A stretch of DNA of 64,000 nucleotides, from assembly GCA_965261345.1 (NCBI GenBank), contig OZ253449.1, positions 320,001-384,000 of the forward strand. Direction: 5' to 3'. This DNA is from Chloroflexota bacterium (GTDB lineage: Bacteria; Chloroflexota; UBA11872; VXNJ01). Of the stretch, positions 18,121 through 28,750 are shown in pieces (position 1 is the stretch's first letter; each line of letters begins with the position of its first letter). The notes below the pieces were generated by a model. That model was given only the letters and a program-made list of their open reading frames with translations. It had not been told where the DNA came from and did no database searches. The translations under genes were made by a program, and so were the position numbers.

Positions 18121-20814
18121 ATGAACACCGATCCGGTGAGTGCCGCCAACGGCCAGTTTTCAATCGACGATCTCGAGTTGCACGATTGGACCCAGGCTCT
18201 CAAGGATGTCCTGCACGCGCGCGGCCCCGACCGGGTCAAGCGCTTACTGGAAGATCTGCAGATTTATGCCCAGCGCGCCGGGGTCTGGTCACCGGAAGCT
18301 CTAAACACCCCGTACGTGAACACGATTCCGGTCAACCTGCAGCCCGATTACCCCGGCAACCAGTCGCTGGAAAGGCGCATTAAGAGCTACATCCGCTGGA
18401 ATGCGATGGCCATGGTGGTGCGCTCTAACATGGCATCCGACGGCATCGGCGGCCACATTTCCACCTATGCCTCGGCCGCCACCCTCTATGAGGTCGCCCA
18501 GAATCACTTCTTCAAGGGCCCCGATCATCCCGAGGGCGGCGACATGGTCTATTTCCAGGGTCATTGCTCGCCCGGCATGTACGCCCGCGCCTACCTTGAG
18601 GGGCGCCTTTCCGAGTCGCACCTTAAGAATTTCCGCCGCGAGCTTCAAGACGAGCCTGGACTCTCTTCCTATCCGCACCCGTGGCTGATGCCCGAATTTT
18701 GGAATTTTCCGACCGTTTCGATGGGCCTCGGGCCGCTGATGTCGGTCTACCAGGCCCGTTTCATGCGCTACTTGCAGGCGCGCCAGCTCACCCCCGTATC
18801 CGACCGCAAGGTCTGGGCCTTTGTGGGCGACGGTGAAATCGACGAACCCGAGAGCCTGGCCGGAATTTCACTGGCCACCCGCGCCCGGCTCGACAACCTC
18901 ATCTGGGTCGTAAATTGCAACCTGCAGCGGCTCGACGGGCCGGTGCGGGGCAATTCCAAGATCATCCAGGAACTGGAGGCCATTTTCCGTGGGGCTGGCT
19001 GGCACGTTATCAAGGTGCTCTGGGGGTCCGATTGGGACGAGTTGTTCGAGCGTGACCAGCGCGGGGTGATCGCCCGTCGCCTGGGCGACGTGGTCGACGG
19101 CGATTTCCAGAAGTATTCGGTGTCCGACGGCGCTTACCTGCGCGAGCATTTCTGGAATTCCGACCCCGAACTGGCCGAGCTGGTGGCCGACAAGAGCGAC
19201 GACCAGCTGTGGCGACTGACTCTGGGTGGACACGACCCGATCAAGGTCTATGCCGCCTACTACCAGGCGCTGCGCAACCGGGGCGCGCCGACCGTGATCC
19301 TGGCCCGCACGATCAAGGGTTACGGTCTCGGCGAGGCGGGTGAGGGCCGCAACATCACCCACCAGCAGAAAAAACTCAATCAGGATGAGCTGATCGCTTT
19401 CCGCGATCGATTCGAAATTCCGATCTCGGACCGGATAGCCTCCGAAATCGACTTTCACCATCCCGGACCTGACAGCTCGGAGGCTATCTACTTACAGGAG
19501 CGCCGCCGTCAGCTTGGCGGTTTCGTCCCGGCGCGAACGGTCAAACCGAGCACCATCTCCGCCCCCGACGACCAGCTGATCGATGAATTCCTGCAGAGTT
19601 CGGGCGAGCGCACGGTGTCGACCACCATGGCCTACGTCCGCATCCTGACCAAGCTGCTGCGCGACCCGAAGCTGGGCCGCTACATCGTCCCGATCGTGCC
19701 GGACGAGGCACGCACCTTCGGGATGGAGGCGCTGTTCCGCCAATGCGGAATTTTTTCGCCGCTCGGGCAGCGTTACGACCCGGTCGATTCGGCCAGCCTG
19801 CTCTCCTATCGCGAGACCGTCGACGGGCAGATCCTGCAGGAGGGGATCAACGAGGCCGGAGCGATGGCCTCGTTCATTGCCGCCGGTACCGCGCTGAGCA
19901 ATTACGGCCAGCCGATGATCCCGTTCTTTACCCTCTATTCAATGTTCGGGATGCAACGGGTGGGCGATCTGGTTTGGGCGGCGGGCGACTCCCGCACGCG
20001 CGGCTTTCTGGTCGGCGGCACCGCCGGCAGGACCACCCTGGCCGGCGAGGGGCTCCAGCACCAGGACGGTCACAGTCATCTATTGGCCTCGGCCGTGCCC
20101 AATCTGCGCAGCTACGACCCTGCCTTTGCCTATGAGATTGCGGTGATCATCCAGGACGGCATCCGGCGGATGTTCCAGTGCGACGAGGAAATCTGGTACT
20201 ACCTCACTGTCGGCAACGAGAACTACGCTCAACCGGCAATGCCCACTTCCCCCGGCGTTAAGGAAGGGATCGTCAATGGCCTTTACAAGATTTCGCCATC
20301 GCCGATACCCGAGGCGCCACTGCAGGTCAACCTGCTGGGCAGCGGTGCGCTCCTCAACGAAGCACTGCTGGCCCAGACGCAGCTGGCCGAGCGGTTCGAC
20401 ATCGGATCCGATGTCTGGTCGGCAACCAGCCTGACCGGGCTGCGCCGGCAAGGCAACGCGGTCGAGCGTTGGAACATGCTCCACCCCAACCAGCCGCGCC
20501 GGGTGCCCTATGTTCGGCAGTGCCTGGGCGACGACCCGCGGGTCACGGTGGCGACATCAGATTATGTCAAGTCTCTCGCCGATTCGCTGGGTCGCTGGAT
20601 TCCCGGGCCGTTTGTCACCCTCGGTACCGACGGGTTCGGCCGCTCAGAAGCTCGGGCCGAGCTGCGCGATTTCTTCGAGGTTGATCATCGCTACGTGACC
20701 CTGGCGGCGCTCGGCGAACTGGCTCATCGCGGCGATATCGAATCCTCACTTGCCCGCGCCGCGATCGCCCACTTCGACCTGGACCCCGAAAAAGCCAACC
20801 CGGTGATCTCTTGA
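18121..20814 (+). CDS. aceE: Pyruvate dehydrogenase E1 component (homodimeric AceE type)
   Basis: GGHISTYAS, SSYPHP, PTVSMGLG, GDGEIDEPE...NCNLQRLDG (TPP motif) and GEGLQHQDG. Confidence 0.97.
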   Translation: MNTDPVSAANGQFSIDDLELHDWTQALKDVLHARGPDRVKRLLEDLQIYAQRAGVWSPEALNTPYVNTIPVNLQPDYPGNQSLERRIKSYIRWNAMAMVVRSNMASDGIGGHISTYASAATLYEVAQNHFFKGPDHPEGGDMVYFQGHCSPGMYARAYLEGRLSESHLKNFRRELQDEPGLSSYPHPWLMPEFWNFPTVSMGLGPLMSVYQARFMRYLQARQLTPVSDRKVWAFVGDGEIDEPESLAGISLATRARLDNLIWVVNCNLQRLDGPVRGNSKIIQELEAIFRGAGWHVIKVLWGSDWDELFERDQRGVIARRLGDVVDGDFQKYSVSDGAYLREHFWNSDPELAELVADKSDDQLWRLTLGGHDPIKVYAAYYQALRNRGAPTVILARTIKGYGLGEAGEGRNITHQQKKLNQDELIAFRDRFEIPISDRIASEIDFHHPGPDSSEAIYLQERRRQLGGFVPARTVKPSTISAPDDQLIDEFLQSSGERTVSTTMAYVRILTKLLRDPKLGRYIVPIVPDEARTFGMEALFRQCGIFSPLGQRYDPVDSASLLSYRETVDGQILQEGINEAGAMASFIAAGTALSNYGQPMIPFFTLYSMFGMQRVGDLVWAAGDSRTRGFLVGGTAGRTTLAGEGLQHQDGHSHLLASAVPNLRSYDPAFAYEIAVIIQDGIRRMFQCDEEIWYYLTVGNENYAQPAMPTSPGVKEGIVNGLYKISPSPIPEAPLQVNLLGSGALLNEALLAQTQLAERFDIGSDVWSATSLTGLRRQGNAVERWNMLHPNQPRRVPYVRQCLGDDPRVTVATSDYVKSLADSLGRWIPGPFVTLGTDGFGRSEARAELRDFFEVDHRYVTLAALGELAHRGDIESSLARAAIAHFDLDPEKANPVIS

Positions 20815-22121
20815 CCGGTAAACAACCCGTCAAGGCCGATCCGACCGTGGTGAGCGACCTAAAGATGCCCTCGCTGGGGGAGGGCGCCGGGGCCGCCGAC
20901 ATCCTCAAGGTGCTAGTTCGCGAAGGCGACCAGATCGCAATCGAACAGGCCGTAATCGAGGTAGAGACCGACAAAGCCACGGTGGAGGTGCCTTCGGAAT
21001 TGGCCGGCAAGGTGCTCAAGCTGCTGGTTGCCCCGGGTGACCAGATCACCACCGGGCAGGCGATCCTCTCGCTGGCCGCCGAGGCCGCGGCGCCGGCCGC
21101 CGCGCCGGCACCATCACCGGCCGGCCCAAGCGCCCAGCAGGCATCCCCATCCGCCCAAGCGGCAGGGACCGGTTACGGACGGGCACCGGTCCGCACCCCG
21201 CAGCCGGTGAGCTCGCCGTTGCCATCGCGGCCGCCGACCGGTAGCGGCCCCGTCTTCGCTTCGCCCAGCGTGCGTGGATTGGCCCGCGAAATCGGAGTTG
21301 ATATCTACGCGGTGGCTGGAAGCGGACCCAGCGGACGGATATCGGCCGACGACGTTAAGGCCCATGCCCGCCAGGCAGCGGTGTCCCACGCCTCCCGGGC
21401 GGCGACCGCCCAGCCGCCCGAATTGCCCGATTTTTCAGCCTATGGGCCGACTGAATCGGTAGAGCTCTCCCGCCTGCGACGCACCATCGCCCGCAACCTG
21501 GGCCAATCCTGGACCACCATCCCACATGTGACGCTGCATGCACGGGCGAATATTTCCGAGCTCCAGCGCCAACGGGCGCGCCTAAAAGAGACCGGAGCCA
21601 ATGCCAGTGTTACGGCGATCCTGATTCAAAAGGTGGTTGCCGCGTTGCAGGCCGAACCGGCCCTCAACGCCAGCTTCGACGCTTCGTCGGGGTCACTGGT
21701 CCACAAGCGGTACTGGAATATCGGTATAGCCGTGGATACCGATCGCGGCCTGGTTGTTCCGGTAGTCCGATCCGCCGAGGGCAAGGATCTTGCCCAATTG
21801 GCCGAAGAACTGGCCGATCTGGCCGGACGGGCGCGCCGCGCCCAGATAAAACCGGACGAGCTGACCGGCGCCAGTTTTACGATCACCAATCTGGGGACGC
21901 TTGGGATCGGTGAATTTACGCCGATCATCAATCCCCCGGAAGTGGCAATTCTCGGCGTCGGGACGGCAGAAACCATCCCGGTTTGGGCCGGCGGGGCATT
22001 CGCCCCGCAGCTGACGATTCCCCTTTCGCTGTCAATTGATCACCGCGCAGTCGACGGGGCCGACGGCGCGCGATTCCTCACCGCCCTAACCCAAGGACTA
22101 GCCGATCCGGGCCTGGTCTAA
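20811..22121 (+). CDS. aceF: Dihydrolipoamide acetyltransferase E2 (single lipoyl domain)
   Basis: VETDKATVEVP lipoyl site, ASPSVR E3-binding domain and SIDHRAVDG catalytic motif; TTGA overlap with aceE. Confidence 0.93.
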   Translation: MTGKQPVKADPTVVSDLKMPSLGEGAGAADILKVLVREGDQIAIEQAVIEVETDKATVEVPSELAGKVLKLLVAPGDQITTGQAILSLAAEAAAPAAAPAPSPAGPSAQQASPSAQAAGTGYGRAPVRTPQPVSSPLPSRPPTGSGPVFASPSVRGLAREIGVDIYAVAGSGPSGRISADDVKAHARQAAVSHASRAATAQPPELPDFSAYGPTESVELSRLRRTIARNLGQSWTTIPHVTLHARANISELQRQRARLKETGANASVTAILIQKVVAALQAEPALNASFDASSGSLVHKRYWNIGIAVDTDRGLVVPVVRSAEGKDLAQLAEELADLAGRARRAQIKPDELTGASFTITNLGTLGIGEFTPIINPPEVAILGVGTAETIPVWAGGAFAPQLTIPLSLSIDHRAVDGADGARFLTALTQGLADPGLV

Positions 22122-22160
22122 CCAGCCATGCCGCCGGGGTCTACCGAAAAGAACTAACCA

Positions 22161-23576
22161 ATGAGCGAGCAGACTTTGCGAGTGGCCGTAATAGGCGGCG
22201 GTCCCGGCGGATATCCGGCGGCGTTTGCCGCCGCCCGGGCGGGATTCGACGTAACCCTAATTGATGAGAACGAACGCCTCGGCGGGGTTTGCCTGCGCTG
22301 CGGTTGCATCCCGTCTAAGACCCTGCTGCATGCTGCCGACATAATGGCCGCCGCGCGCGGCGCCAAGCAGTTCGGGATTGATTTCGGCCAGCCGGAAGTT
22401 GCGCTGGAAGGCCTATTGTCCTGGAAAGAAAAGGTGATCGACCGCATGGCCGGCGGGGTTGCAATGCTGGCGCGTCAACAAAAGGTGCGGGTAATTTGCG
22501 GACGGGCGCGTTTCGCCGGGCCCGGAAAACTGCAGATCACAGGTGAAAATCCCGAGCTGGTCGAATACGATCAGGCGATCATCGCAACCGGTTCGCAGCC
22601 GACCCGTTTGCCATTCTTTGACTATTCCGATGCGCGAATCCTGGACTCGACTTCGGCGCTAGACATCAAGGGCCCGCCGCGGCGCCTGCTGGTCGTCGGC
22701 GGCGGCTACATCGGCTTGGAGCTGGGCTCGGTATATGCCGCGCTGGGCACTAAGGTCTCAGTGGTGGAGATGACCGGCGGCCTGCTGCCGGGCGCCGACC
22801 GCGATCTAGTCCGGCCGCTGCAGCGCCGCCTGCAGGGAGAGTTCGCGCAAATCCTGTTGCGCACCAGAGTTACCGCCGCCAACGGTTTCCCGGGCGGCAT
22901 TCGGGTGGAATTTCGCGGCGAGGACAGCGATGTTCCGGCCGCCTGGTTCGATCAGGTCCTGGTGGCCGTCGGGCGGCGACCCAACAGCACTGGCCTGGGC
23001 CTGGAGGATGTCGGCGTCGAGCTCGACCGCCAGGGATTTATCCAGACCGACCTGCAACAGCGCACCACCAATCCCGAGATTCTTGCGATCGGCGACGTTG
23101 TCGGCGGTTCGATGCTGGCCCACAAGGCCACCGCCGAGGCCAAGGTCGCCATCGAGGTAATCGCCGGCCATCCCACGCACTTTGACCACGCCGCAATTCC
23201 GGCGGTCGTTTTTACCGACCCGGAAATCGCCTGGTGCGGCCTGACCGAGACCCAAGCGCGGGCCGAGGGCCGTGAGATCCGGATCGTGCGGTTCCCCTGG
23301 GCCGCGCTCGGGCGGGCCACCGCGATGGACCGGACCGAAGGCCTGACCAAGTTGATAATCGACCCGGTCGATGAACGGGTGCTGGGCGCCGGGATAGTTG
23401 GGGCCGGGGCCGGTGAACTCATCGCCGCCCAGGTGATCGCCATTGAAATGGGTGCGATAGCCAGCGAAATCGGACACGCGATCCATCCGCACCCCACGGT
23501 CTCCGAATCGCTCATGGAGGCATCCGAAGTTTTCTACGGGTCCAGCCCGCACTACCTGGGAAGAGTAGCCAAATGA
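22161..23576 (+). CDS. lpdA: Dihydrolipoyl dehydrogenase E3
   Basis: GGGPGGY, GGVCLRCGCIPSK, GGGYIGLE and HPHPTVSE motifs. Confidence 0.96.
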   Translation: MSEQTLRVAVIGGGPGGYPAAFAAARAGFDVTLIDENERLGGVCLRCGCIPSKTLLHAADIMAAARGAKQFGIDFGQPEVALEGLLSWKEKVIDRMAGGVAMLARQQKVRVICGRARFAGPGKLQITGENPELVEYDQAIIATGSQPTRLPFFDYSDARILDSTSALDIKGPPRRLLVVGGGYIGLELGSVYAALGTKVSVVEMTGGLLPGADRDLVRPLQRRLQGEFAQILLRTRVTAANGFPGGIRVEFRGEDSDVPAAWFDQVLVAVGRRPNSTGLGLEDVGVELDRQGFIQTDLQQRTTNPEILAIGDVVGGSMLAHKATAEAKVAIEVIAGHPTHFDHAAIPAVVFTDPEIAWCGLTETQARAEGREIRIVRFPWAALGRATAMDRTEGLTKLIIDPVDERVLGAGIVGAGAGELIAAQVIAIEMGAIASEIGHAIHPHPTVSESLMEASEVFYGSSPHYLGRVAK

Positions 23577-24715
23577 TCCCAAATCTCGATCCGGCCGCCT
23601 GCCGCAATCGGCGCCGGCGCTTGCTCGAAGCGGTCAAGGGCGTCTCTCCGGAACTGGACGGACTGCTGATCGCGCGCCCTGAACACGTCTACTACCTGAC
23701 CGGATTCCTGCATGACCCGAACAACATTTCCAGCCGGGCGCCGCAGTATTTGCTAATCGACGCCGACGGGGCCGCCACGGTGTTCCTGGATGGGTTCGCG
23801 CGCGATCGCGACGGGGTCCTGGACGCAACCGGTTGCAGTGCCGTTAGTGCCCAATGGCAGGCCTTTGATCCGCTGGTGCCGCGCACCATCGCAACTGCGC
23901 GCGCGGTTGCGGCCGAACTCGAACGCCTCGGCATCGGCCACCTCGGTACCGAACCGGCTTGCGTCGCAGCCAAGGCGTTGCAACCGATTGCCCAGGTTTT
24001 CGACATAGAGCCGACCATCACCGCCATGCGGCGGCGCAAGGACCCGGACGAACTGGCGGTGATCAGGGCGGCGATCGCGGTAGGGGAACGATTTCACGGC
24101 GCGGCCCGTGAATTGGTCCGTCCCGGCGTTACTGAGGTTGAACTCTACGCCGAAGTCGTGGCCGAGGCCACCAAGCAGGCCGAGCAACCGATCGTGATGA
24201 TGTGCGATTTCCGGGCCGGTTCGCACATGCGTCTAGGTGGGACACCGACCAACCGGGTAATTGAGCGCGGTGACAACCTGCTGCTCGACATCTACCCCTA
24301 CATGAACGGTTACCGCTGCGATATCACCAATACCCTCAACGTTGGCGGCAACCCCAGCGCCCTGCAACAGAAAGCAATGGAGGCCGCCATTGCCGGGCTG
24401 CAGGCATCGGCAGCATTTGCCAGGCCGGGCGTTAGCGCACACGAAATTTTCGAGGTGCAAACCGACGCAATCGCCGAATTTGATTCGGGGTGGAAGAAGA
24501 TGCAGGGCCACGCCGGGCACGCCCTGGGCCTGGAACATCCCGAGGGCCCCGACTTTCGACCTGGCAACATGGAGACGATCACCGAGGGCGACGTGATCAC
24601 CTTTGAGCCGCATGTGTTCGGCGAGCCGTTCCAGGGCTGCCGAGTCGAGCACAACTATCTGGTTACGGCAGACGGGCTCGATTGCCTCTCACACCACCAG
24701 ATTGGGCTCTGTTAG
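23573..24715 (+). CDS. M24 family metallopeptidase (Xaa-Pro peptidase-like)
   Basis: RRRKDPDE, LLDIYP...YRCDITNT, GHALGLE, FEP and RVEHN; 4-nt overlap with the lpdA stop. Confidence 0.85.
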   Translation: MIPNLDPAACRNRRRRLLEAVKGVSPELDGLLIARPEHVYYLTGFLHDPNNISSRAPQYLLIDADGAATVFLDGFARDRDGVLDATGCSAVSAQWQAFDPLVPRTIATARAVAAELERLGIGHLGTEPACVAAKALQPIAQVFDIEPTITAMRRRKDPDELAVIRAAIAVGERFHGAARELVRPGVTEVELYAEVVAEATKQAEQPIVMMCDFRAGSHMRLGGTPTNRVIERGDNLLLDIYPYMNGYRCDITNTLNVGGNPSALQQKAMEAAIAGLQASAAFARPGVSAHEIFEVQTDAIAEFDSGWKKMQGHAGHALGLEHPEGPDFRPGNMETITEGDVITFEPHVFGEPFQGCRVEHNYLVTADGLDCLSHHQIGLC

Positions 24716-25226
24716 GCGATTGCGGGGCGCCTTCGCAAGCCAGAACCCTCCTTTCGAAAGCCGGTACCACCCTCCTTGCGGCAGGCCGCTTCGACGGCCT
24801 TTCGTTAAGCAGGCCAGGAGGCAAAAGATGGAGGGTTAATTGATCGGGCTTACGGTAGCCTGGCCTGCATATTTCACCGGCTCGGCTGATCGGGCCGAAT
24901 TAGGCTGATTTGTCGCCATGAACGACCGGCCGCGTCCATTGCGGCCGCCAGCCTATCCGAAAGCGCCCTTGGGGCGAAATCGGTTCACAAGTCCGTCGGC
25001 GCTGACATTGGTAATTGACAATAAGTAGGGAAAATTGCGGACTCACTCGATGCAGTGTGCACACCTCCGGAAGCGTGTTCGCTTGTTCGGGTGATGACTC
25101 TATATGCGGGCTGCGCGCTGGCAAGTCCCCGATGGCAGCCCGGGTGGGAAATGCGTGCCGTTTACTGGTCACAAAGAACAGGCAGCTATGCTCGGCACCG
25201 TACGCAATGTCAATGAAAGAGGTACC

Positions 25227-27329
25227 GTGAACGGCGACATCTCCTGGATCACGAATTTCATTTGGGGCATCGCGGATGACGTGCTGCGCGACCTCTATGT
25301 GCGCGGCAAATATCGCGATGTGATCCTACCGATGACAGTGCTCCGCCGACTTGACGTAGTGCTTGAACCGACGAGTGCCGCAGTGCTTGAGATGAAGCGG
25401 GCGCTTGATGAAGCGGGCATCGTCAATCAGGACGGGGCACTCCGACAGGCGGCCAGGCAGTCCTTCTACAACACCTCTGCGTTCACGATGCGGGACTTGC
25501 GAGCGCGGACGAGCCAGCAGCAGCTGCGCGCCGATTTTGGCGCCTACCTTGAAGGGTTCTCGCCGAACGTCCAGGAGATTCTCGACAGCTTCGAATTCCG
25601 CAATCAGATCCCGCGGCTCTCGCGGGCAGACGCGCTCGGCACACTGATCGAGAAGTTCACCGATCCGGCGATCGATCTGAGTCCAACCCCCGGCACGGGG
25701 ATCGACAACCACACAATGGGCACCATTTTCGAAGAGCTGGTGCGTCGCTTCAATGAGGAGAACAACGAGGAGGCCGGGGAGCACTGGACGCCCCGGGACG
25801 CCGTGCGGTTGATGGCGAACCTGGTGTTCCTGCCCGTTGCAGCCGACATCGAGTCCGGCACCTACTTGTTGTACGACGGCGCCTGTGGCACCGGTGGCAT
25901 GCTGACGGTCGCCGAGGAGACGCTCGAGCATTTGGCCGAGGAGCACGGCAAGGAAATCTCAGCGCACCTCTACGGTCAGGAGATCAACGCGGAGACGGCG
26001 GCGATTGCCAAGTCCGACTTTCTGCTCAAGGGGGAAGGGGATGCCGCCGACAACCTCGTCGGTGGGCCCGAGCACTCGACGCTCTCGAACGATGCGTTTA
26101 TGGCGCACGAGTTCGACTTCATGCTTTCCAATCCACCCTACGGAAAGAGTTGGAAGAGCGATCTCGAGCGGATGGGCGGCAAGGGCGGCATCCACGATCC
26201 CCGTTTCGTGATCCAGCACGCGGGCGATCCTGAGTACTCGTTGGTGACGCGTTCGAGCGACGGGCAAATGCTGTTTCTCGCCAACATGCTCTCAAAGATG
26301 AAGCACGGTACCAAGCTCGGCAGCCGCATCGCCGAGGTGCATAACGGCTCGTCGCTATTTACCGGCGACGCCGGGCAAGGCGAGAGCAACATCCGTCGTT
26401 GGATCATCGAGAACGACTGGCTCGAGGCAATCGTCGCGTTGCCGCTGAACATGTTCTACAACACCGGCATCGCTACTTATATATGGGTGCTGACGAATCG
26501 CAAGTCGGAGCGGCGTCGTGGCAAGGTGCAGCTGATCGACGCCACGCGGTGGCACAGTCCGCTGCGCAAGAACCTCGGCAACAAGAATTGCGAGCTCTCG
26601 GAAATTGACATCGCTCGGATCTGCGATGCCTTTCTCGGGCTCGAGGAGAGCGAGCAGTCTAAGTTTTTTCCGAACGCCGCCTTCGGCTATCAGAAGGTGA
26701 CCGTAGAGCGGCCACTGCGGCTCCGCGTTGATCTCGGCCCGGCGCGGCGGCGAGTATTCCGGGATGGATGCAGCATGGCGGGTGAGGAAGCGTTGGCGGA
26801 TCTTGTCGATGCCGCCACTGAACATCTCGGCGGTGGCTCATCCGACGACTTCAGCGCATTCCTTGACAAACTCGCGCCGCTGGCGCGCGCGGCGAGCCTG
26901 AAGCTGACTGCCAGGCGCAAGAAGCTTTTGAAAAGCAATCTGGCTGAGCGCGATGAGGCGGCGAGTCCGGTTGTCAAGAGGGTGCACCGAGCTGGGAGCG
27001 TTGCACCGGACCCACTGCGCGGTCTATTCGAAGTCACTTTGGCCGGCGTGGTGCGCGTCGTGGAGTACGAGCCGGACAGCGAACTGCGCGACAGCGAGCA
27101 GGTGCCGCTGCTCGAAGACGGCGGGATTGATGCGTTCTTCCGCCGTGAGGTGTTGCCCTATGCGCCAGACGCTTGGTTCGTCGCTTCTAGCGTCAAAGTC
27201 GGGTACGAGATCAGTTTCACACGTTACTTCTACAAGCCCGCGCTGCTGCGCCCCCTTGACGAGATCCGTGCCGAAATCCTCGCGCTCGAGCAGGAGACCG
27301 ATGGATTGCTCGCAGAGATCGTCGGGTGA
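25227..27329 (+). CDS. hsdM: Type I restriction-modification methyltransferase subunit
   Basis: FIWGIAD, GEHWTPR, YDGACGTGGML (motif I), SNPPYG (motif IV) and FYNTGI; AAAGAGG RBS before GTG 25227. Confidence 0.95.
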   Translation: MNGDISWITNFIWGIADDVLRDLYVRGKYRDVILPMTVLRRLDVVLEPTSAAVLEMKRALDEAGIVNQDGALRQAARQSFYNTSAFTMRDLRARTSQQQLRADFGAYLEGFSPNVQEILDSFEFRNQIPRLSRADALGTLIEKFTDPAIDLSPTPGTGIDNHTMGTIFEELVRRFNEENNEEAGEHWTPRDAVRLMANLVFLPVAADIESGTYLLYDGACGTGGMLTVAEETLEHLAEEHGKEISAHLYGQEINAETAAIAKSDFLLKGEGDAADNLVGGPEHSTLSNDAFMAHEFDFMLSNPPYGKSWKSDLERMGGKGGIHDPRFVIQHAGDPEYSLVTRSSDGQMLFLANMLSKMKHGTKLGSRIAEVHNGSSLFTGDAGQGESNIRRWIIENDWLEAIVALPLNMFYNTGIATYIWVLTNRKSERRRGKVQLIDATRWHSPLRKNLGNKNCELSEIDIARICDAFLGLEESEQSKFFPNAAFGYQKVTVERPLRLRVDLGPARRRVFRDGCSMAGEEALADLVDAATEHLGGGSSDDFSAFLDKLAPLARAASLKLTARRKKLLKSNLAERDEAASPVVKRVHRAGSVAPDPLRGLFEVTLAGVVRVVEYEPDSELRDSEQVPLLEDGGIDAFFRREVLPYAPDAWFVASSVKVGYEISFTRYFYKPALLRPLDEIRAEILALEQETDGLLAEIVG

Positions 27330-28750
27330 CGCGCTTGATCGCTGGGGTAAATCCTTATCCGGCCATGAAGCCCGCGGGCGTGGAATGGCTGGGGGACGTG
27401 CCGGAGCACTGGGAGGTGCGGCGGCTCGTGACCTCGATCCAAGGATGCATCAATGGCATCTGGGGTAGTGAGTCTAACGGTCACCAGGATTTGCCTTGTG
27501 TACGTGTTGCAGACTTTGATCGAATGCGATTCAGAGTTAGGCTCGCTGAACCTACGATTCGAGCAATAACGCCGAAAGAGCGGAATCGTCGATTGTTACA
27601 GAATGGGGACTTACTCCTTGAGAAGTCCGGTGGAGGGGACTCGCAACCGGTCGGCGCAGTGATGCTGTACGACCACGATGTTGAGGCTGTCTGTTCGAAC
27701 TTCGTGGCCCGAATGCCAGTTGCCGTTGACTGTGACTCAGGCTTCTTGACATATCTTCACTCGCACTTGTACGCCATCCGCCTCAATGTTCGCTCGATCA
27801 AGCAAACCACTGGCATACAGAATATCGATTCCTCGTCATACCTAAGTGAACGCGTTGCCTTCCCGCCTTTCGGTGAGCAGGTTTCAATTGCCCGCTACCT
27901 CGACCACGTCGACCTGCGGATCAACCGCTACATCCGAGCGAAGCGACGCCTATTAGAACTGCTCACGGAGCAGAAGCAGGCGATCATCCACCGCGCCGTG
28001 ACACGTGGTCTTGACCCTGATGTGCGACTCAAACCCTCGGGCGTGGAGTGGCTGGGTCACATGCCGGAGCATTGGGACGTTGCTCGACTTGCCGAGACCG
28101 CCGCGTTGGTCAACGGGTTCCCTTTCGATTCGGAGCTCTTTGATCCGTCCAACGGCATTCCACTCGTGCGCATCCGGGACTTATTCAAAGAGAAGACTGC
28201 GGTCCGGTGGACTGGTGGCTCCATTCCTGAAGCTTCGATCGCGGACAGAGATGTCTTGATCGGTATGGATGGAGACTTCAACGTTGCTTGGTGGGACCGG
28301 GGGCCAGCATTGTTGAACCAGCGCCTTTGTTGCGTCCGAGCTCTGCCGTCCCGCGCGAGCCAACGTTATCTGTTCTATTGCCTGCGCTTCCCGCTCACGG
28401 CGTTGAACGAAGTCACCTACGCAACGACCGTGAAACACCTTTCCTCGTTGGATGTCCTTAAATTCCGCCTACCCCTTCCGCCTCTCCCTGAACAGACCGC
28501 CATCATCCGCTACCTCGACCGCGAGACTGCCAGAATCGATACTGCAATCGGCACTGCGCGCCGCGAGATCGCCTTATTCAATGAATACCAAACCCGCCTG
28601 ATCGCAGATGTGGTCACTGGTAAGCTCGACGTCAGGGAAGCGGCAGCCGCCCTGCCTGAGATCCACTCCACAGATCTCGAAGACATCATCAAAATCGACG
28701 AAGTGGCAACTGACGCGCTCGCCCCCGAACTTGCGGAATTCGCTACGTGA
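27326..28750 (+). CDS. hsdS: Type I restriction-modification specificity subunit
   Basis: Two TRDs each led by KP.GVEWLG..PEHW; conserved PP..EQ..I..YLD segments; VVTGKLDVR; TRD DNA visibly lower in GC. Confidence 0.95.
   Translation: MTRLIAGVNPYPAMKPAGVEWLGDVPEHWEVRRLVTSIQGCINGIWGSESNGHQDLPCVRVADFDRMRFRVRLAEPTIRAITPKERNRRLLQNGDLLLEKSGGGDSQPVGAVMLYDHDVEAVCSNFVARMPVAVDCDSGFLTYLHSHLYAIRLNVRSIKQTTGIQNIDSSSYLSERVAFPPFGEQVSIARYLDHVDLRINRYIRAKRRLLELLTEQKQAIIHRAVTRGLDPDVRLKPSGVEWLGHMPEHWDVARLAETAALVNGFPFDSELFDPSNGIPLVRIRDLFKEKTAVRWTGGSIPEASIADRDVLIGMDGDFNVAWWDRGPALLNQRLCCVRALPSRASQRYLFYCLRFPLTALNEVTYATTVKHLSSLDVLKFRLPLPPLPEQTAIIRYLDRETARIDTAIGTARREIALFNEYQTRLIADVVTGKLDVREAAAALPEIHSTDLEDIIKIDEVATDALAPELAEFAT

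Noticed and set aside
24760-24776. T-box-like GGGTGGTACCG on the minus strand
   Set aside because: No complementary CCC antiterminator arm, no recognisable stem I, and no downstream minus-strand gene.
24897-25020. Possible left IS end or target duplication matching the 32460 end (gaatta...tgtcg; ctgacatt...gaca)
   Set aside because: Similarity is weak and gaatta is not adjacent to the putative end, so a composite transposon cannot be supported.
25104-25226. N-terminal extension of HsdM in the ORF track (likewise Lon from 42454, NUDIX from 42616, CcmH from 36068)
   Set aside because: Family similarity and RBS or overlap context support the downstream starts.
27360-28080. Internal repeat GVEWLG..PEHW in hsdS
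   Set aside because: This is the normal two-fold HsdS architecture; no extra hsdS copy, invertase or shufflon repeats were seen.
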